Source of the DNA: an uncultured Acidobacteriota bacterium
GTDB lineage: Bacteria; Acidobacteriota; Vicinamibacteria; Vicinamibacterales; CAVVIG01
Assembly (NCBI GenBank): GCA_963728825.1
Contig: CAVSLA010000004.1
Span: 714,176 to 778,175 of the forward strand
Reading direction: 5' to 3'
Length of the DNA stretch: 64,000 nucleotides
The position numbers were made by a program, and so were the translations under genes. Each line of letters starts with the position of its first letter. Position 1 is the stretch's first letter. Shown here piece after piece: positions 61,146 through 64,000 of the stretch. The notes beneath the pieces were generated by a model. That model was not told the origin of the DNA. It did not search any database and was given only the letters and a program-made list of their open reading frames with translations.

Positions 61146-61157
61146 CCGCGCGCGCGG

Positions 61158-61640
61158 TCAGAACTTCAGATTCAGTCCTGCGTAGAAGCGGTGCGCTGGC
61201 GAGTGCAGCGCATCGCTTCCCAATCGAAACACGCGATAGTCGGCCCGCAGCCTCAGCGGCCCAATCAGATTCACCTTCACGCCCGCGCCGGTATTGCTGG
61301 TGAAACCGGTGTCGGTCAGCTCGTCGAGCGCTTCGCGGTAGACACCGGCGCCGATCGTCGCGTACGGCTGGATGCCAAGGATCGCAAACGGCGTCTGCAG
61401 CAGGACGTTGCCGCTGTAGGTCTTGAGCGACGGCACCCCCGACTCGAGATCGTCCGACGTGTTGGCGTACTCGAACTCGAAGCCAAGCAGGAGCAGGCCC
61501 GCTCCTATCGAAAAGCCCCGGGTCATCCGGCTTTCGGGCGTCGTGTTGACGCCGATGAATCCGGTGACGTCGGCGGCGACCGGCGCCGCACACAACATCA
61601 GAACCGTCCATGCCATGGCGACCGCGCGCACGCTGTGCAT
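61158..61640 (-). CDS. Small outer-membrane beta-barrel protein
   Basis: Signal peptide [23 protein letters not shown], alternating beta-strand pattern, and the C-terminal AGLNLKF with a terminal Phe. The choice of start is uncertain. Confidence 0.6.
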   Translation of the reverse strand: MHSVRAVAMAWTVLMLCAAPVAADVTGFIGVNTTPESRMTRGFSIGAGLLLLGFEFEYANTSDDLESGVPSLKTYSGNVLLQTPFAILGIQPYATIGAGVYREALDELTDTGFTSNTGAGVKVNLIGPLRLRADYRVFRLGSDALHSPAHRFYAGLNLKF

Positions 61641-61680
61641 GAAGCCTCCGACTGCCATGATGGTCCAATCGCCGCGGACC

Positions 61681-62826
61681 ATGGACTTTCGTCTCAGCGC
61701 GGATCAGCTGCTGCTGCGGAGAAGCGTCCGCGAGTTCGCCGAAACGGAAATCCGGCCGCACGTTCGTGAATGGGACGAGGCGCAGCACTTCCCGAGCGAG
61801 CTGGTGCCGCGGCTCGCCGAGCTCGGCCTGCTCGGCATCCAGATTCCCGAGGCCTACGGCGGTGCGGGGATGTCGGCGGTTGATTACTGTATCTGCATCG
61901 AGGAGCTGGCGCGCATCGACCCCGGAGTCGCGCTATCGGTTGCCGCGCACAACGGTCTGTGCTCGGCGCATATTCTGCTCTTCGGCAGCGATCCGCAGAA
62001 ACAGCAGTATCTGTCCCCGCTGGCGCGCGGCGAGAAGATCGGCGCCTGGGGCCTGACCGAATCGACATCGGGTAGTGACGCGGCCGGCATGCGCACGACG
62101 GCGACGCGCGCCGGGGCCTGCTGGGTGCTGAACGGCTCGAAGACGTTCACCACCCACGGGCGCGTCGGTCACGTCATGGTGACGATGGCCGTGACCGATC
62201 GGACGGCCGGGACCAAGGGCATCTCCGCGTTCATCGTCGAGCACGGCACGCCGGGCATGACGCCGGGCAAGAAGGAAGACAAGCTCGGCATGCGCGCCAG
62301 CGATACCAGCGAGGTGCTCTTCGACAACTGCCGGATCCCGGCCGATCATCTGCTCGGCGAGGAGGGGCAGGGGTTCGTCGGCGCCATGCAGGTGCTCGAT
62401 GCCGGCCGCATCGGCATCGCCGCGCTGTCGGTCGGCCTCGCGCAGGGGGCGTACGAGGCGGCGCTGCGCTACGCGCAGGAGCGCAAGGCCTTCGGCCGTA
62501 CGATCAGCGCCTTTCAGGCGATTCAGTGGAAGCTGGCCGACAACGCCACGCGAATCGAAGCGGCACGTCTGCTCACCTATCGGGCCGCCTACCTGAAAGA
62601 TCGTGGTGCCGCCCGGACCACCATCGAATCCTCGATCGCCAAGCTGTACGCGAGTGAGATTGCCGTGCGCGCCGCGGACGACTGCGTGCAGATTCACGGC
62701 GGCTACGGCTTCGTCAAGGATTACCCGGCCGAGAAGTTCTTCCGCGACGTGAAGCTCACGACGATCGGCGAAGGCACGAGCGAGATACAGCGGCTCGTCA
62801 TCGCGCGGCAGCTGCTGGCGCGATGA
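61681..62826 (+). CDS. Acyl-CoA dehydrogenase (intact)
   Basis: [86 protein letters not shown]. Confidence 0.9.
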   Translation: MDFRLSADQLLLRRSVREFAETEIRPHVREWDEAQHFPSELVPRLAELGLLGIQIPEAYGGAGMSAVDYCICIEELARIDPGVALSVAAHNGLCSAHILLFGSDPQKQQYLSPLARGEKIGAWGLTESTSGSDAAGMRTTATRAGACWVLNGSKTFTTHGRVGHVMVTMAVTDRTAGTKGISAFIVEHGTPGMTPGKKEDKLGMRASDTSEVLFDNCRIPADHLLGEEGQGFVGAMQVLDAGRIGIAALSVGLAQGAYEAALRYAQERKAFGRTISAFQAIQWKLADNATRIEAARLLTYRAAYLKDRGAARTTIESSIAKLYASEIAVRAADDCVQIHGGYGFVKDYPAEKFFRDVKLTTIGEGTSEIQRLVIARQLLAR

Positions 62827-63785
62827 GCTCCGCGCGCACTCTTGCCGAGCGCGTGCTCGCCGGCGACGCGCGCGCCATCGCCCGTGCCATTTCCCTCATC
62901 GAGGACGAGGATCCGTCGGCGGCCGAACTCATCCGCGGAATCTTCGGACGGACGGGCCGCGCCTACCTAATCGGGGTGACCGGGCCGCCCGGGGCGGGCA
63001 AGAGCACGCTGGTCGACCGGCTGACCGCCCAGCTGCGGGCGCGGCGTGCCACGATCGGCGTCATTGCCGTCGATCCGACCAGTCCGTTCACCGGCGGCGC
63101 GCTGCTCGGTGATCGGCTGCGGATGCAGTCGCACGCCGCCGACGAAGATGTGTTCATTCGCAGCATGGCCACCCGCGGCCATCTCGGCGGGCTCGCCCGC
63201 GCCACCGGCGACGCCGCGCTCGTGCTCGATGCGGCCGGCAAGGAATTCGTGATTATCGAGACGGTCGGCGTCGGACAGGACGAGGTCGAGATCGTGCGCA
63301 TGGCCGACATCTCGATTGTGACCCTCGTGCCAGGCGCCGGCGACGATGTCCAGGCGCTCAAGGCAGGCATCATGGAAATCGCCGACATCTTCGTCGTCAA
63401 CAAGGCAGACCGGGAAGGTGCGGATCGGCTGATGACCGCCGTCGAGGCGAACCTCGGGCTGCAGACTTACGACGCTGATGAGTGGCGCCCGCCGATCATC
63501 AAGACGGTGGCGACCAGCGGCCGCGGCGTGCCGGAGCTCGTCGAGACGATCGAGAAGTTCCGCGAGCACGCCAGCCGGACCCCCGCCGGCGGCAGGGCCG
63601 GCGACCGGCGGCTCGCCCGCGCCGAGCATCGGCTGCGCGAGCTCGTCGCCCACGGTTTCATGGATCGGCTCGAACGGAGCGTGCTGAAGCCAGGCGAGCT
63701 GCTCGCGCTCGCGAAACGCATCGAGGCACGGGAAGTCGATCCTTATTCGGCGGCGGCCGAGCTGCTGTCGAGAGGGCACGCTTGA
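62823..63785 (+). CDS. meaB: Methylmalonyl-CoA mutase-associated GTPase MeaB/ArgK
   Basis: [28 protein letters not shown]. The ATG overlaps the upstream stop. Confidence 0.9.
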   Translation: MSSARTLAERVLAGDARAIARAISLIEDEDPSAAELIRGIFGRTGRAYLIGVTGPPGAGKSTLVDRLTAQLRARRATIGVIAVDPTSPFTGGALLGDRLRMQSHAADEDVFIRSMATRGHLGGLARATGDAALVLDAAGKEFVIIETVGVGQDEVEIVRMADISIVTLVPGAGDDVQALKAGIMEIADIFVVNKADREGADRLMTAVEANLGLQTYDADEWRPPIIKTVATSGRGVPELVETIEKFREHASRTPAGGRAGDRRLARAEHRLRELVAHGFMDRLERSVLKPGELLALAKRIEAREVDPYSAAAELLSRGHA

Positions 63786-64000
63786 AAGCAGTTCTCGATC
63801 ACATTGGTATAGCCGTCCGCGATCTCGACGCGGCGCTCGCGTTCTATCGCGATGCGCTCGGCCTCGAAGTCGACGCGTCCGAGGAGGTGTCAACCCAGAA
63901 GGTGCGCGCGCACTTCCTTCCGGTCGGCGCAGCGAGCCTCGAGCTGCTCGAAGCGACCGCTGCCGACTCGACGATTGCCAAGTATGTGGAGAAGCGAGGT
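63782..64000 (+). CDS. Methylmalonyl-CoA epimerase (VOC/glyoxalase fold), 5' part only
   Basis: TTG overlaps the meaB stop. [30 protein letters not shown]...LELLEATAADSTIAKYVEKRG. It runs off the window and is not in the ORF track. Confidence 0.8.
   Translation, partial: MKAVLDHIGIAVRDLDAALAFYRDALGLEVDASEEVSTQKVRAHFLPVGAASLELLEATAADSTIAKYVEKRG

Overview
GC-rich bacterial chromosomal segment made up almost entirely of housekeeping genes: uvrC, trpS, scpAB, cmk, rpsA, gdhA, methylmalonyl-CoA mutase, valS, nadC, birA, coaX, argS, mobA, lnt, prfB, murJ, a class A PBP, dnaK-dnaJ-hspR, hemW, meaB and the start of an epimerase gene. Two tandem VWFA proteins of the acidobacterial type suggest Acidobacteriota; this is inference only. 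I saw no transposase, integrase, CRISPR array, rRNA or tRNA gene. I did not find a convincing novel multi-gene defence or mobile system. The unusual signals are mostly non-coding or architectural. (1) At least 13 intergenic sites carry short-period tandem arrays, mostly 7 bp but also 8 and 11 bp. Each locus has its own unit, and several arrays are followed by their own reverse complement, so long hairpins are possible. (2) A REP/MITE-like family ends in the hairpin GCGCCGGGG-N5-CCCCGGCGC, with copies lying inside the uvrC and scpB reading frames. (3) About thirty single-base frame disruptions hit conserved genes, including the essential rpsA, trpS and cmk. All but one lie in 3.7-25.1 kb. From 25.4 to 60.1 kb I found none except the genuine programmed +1 frameshift in prfB. 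This pattern looks like sequence or assembly error rather than gene decay. (4) A translationally coupled operon encodes a REC-HD-GYP protein, a 66-aa stand-alone histidine-kinase DHp/H-box protein with no ATPase domain, and an NtrC-type sigma-54 activator. This is a possible kinase-less phosphorelay module. All coordinates of frame changes and alternative starts come from reading the sequence by eye and are approximate.
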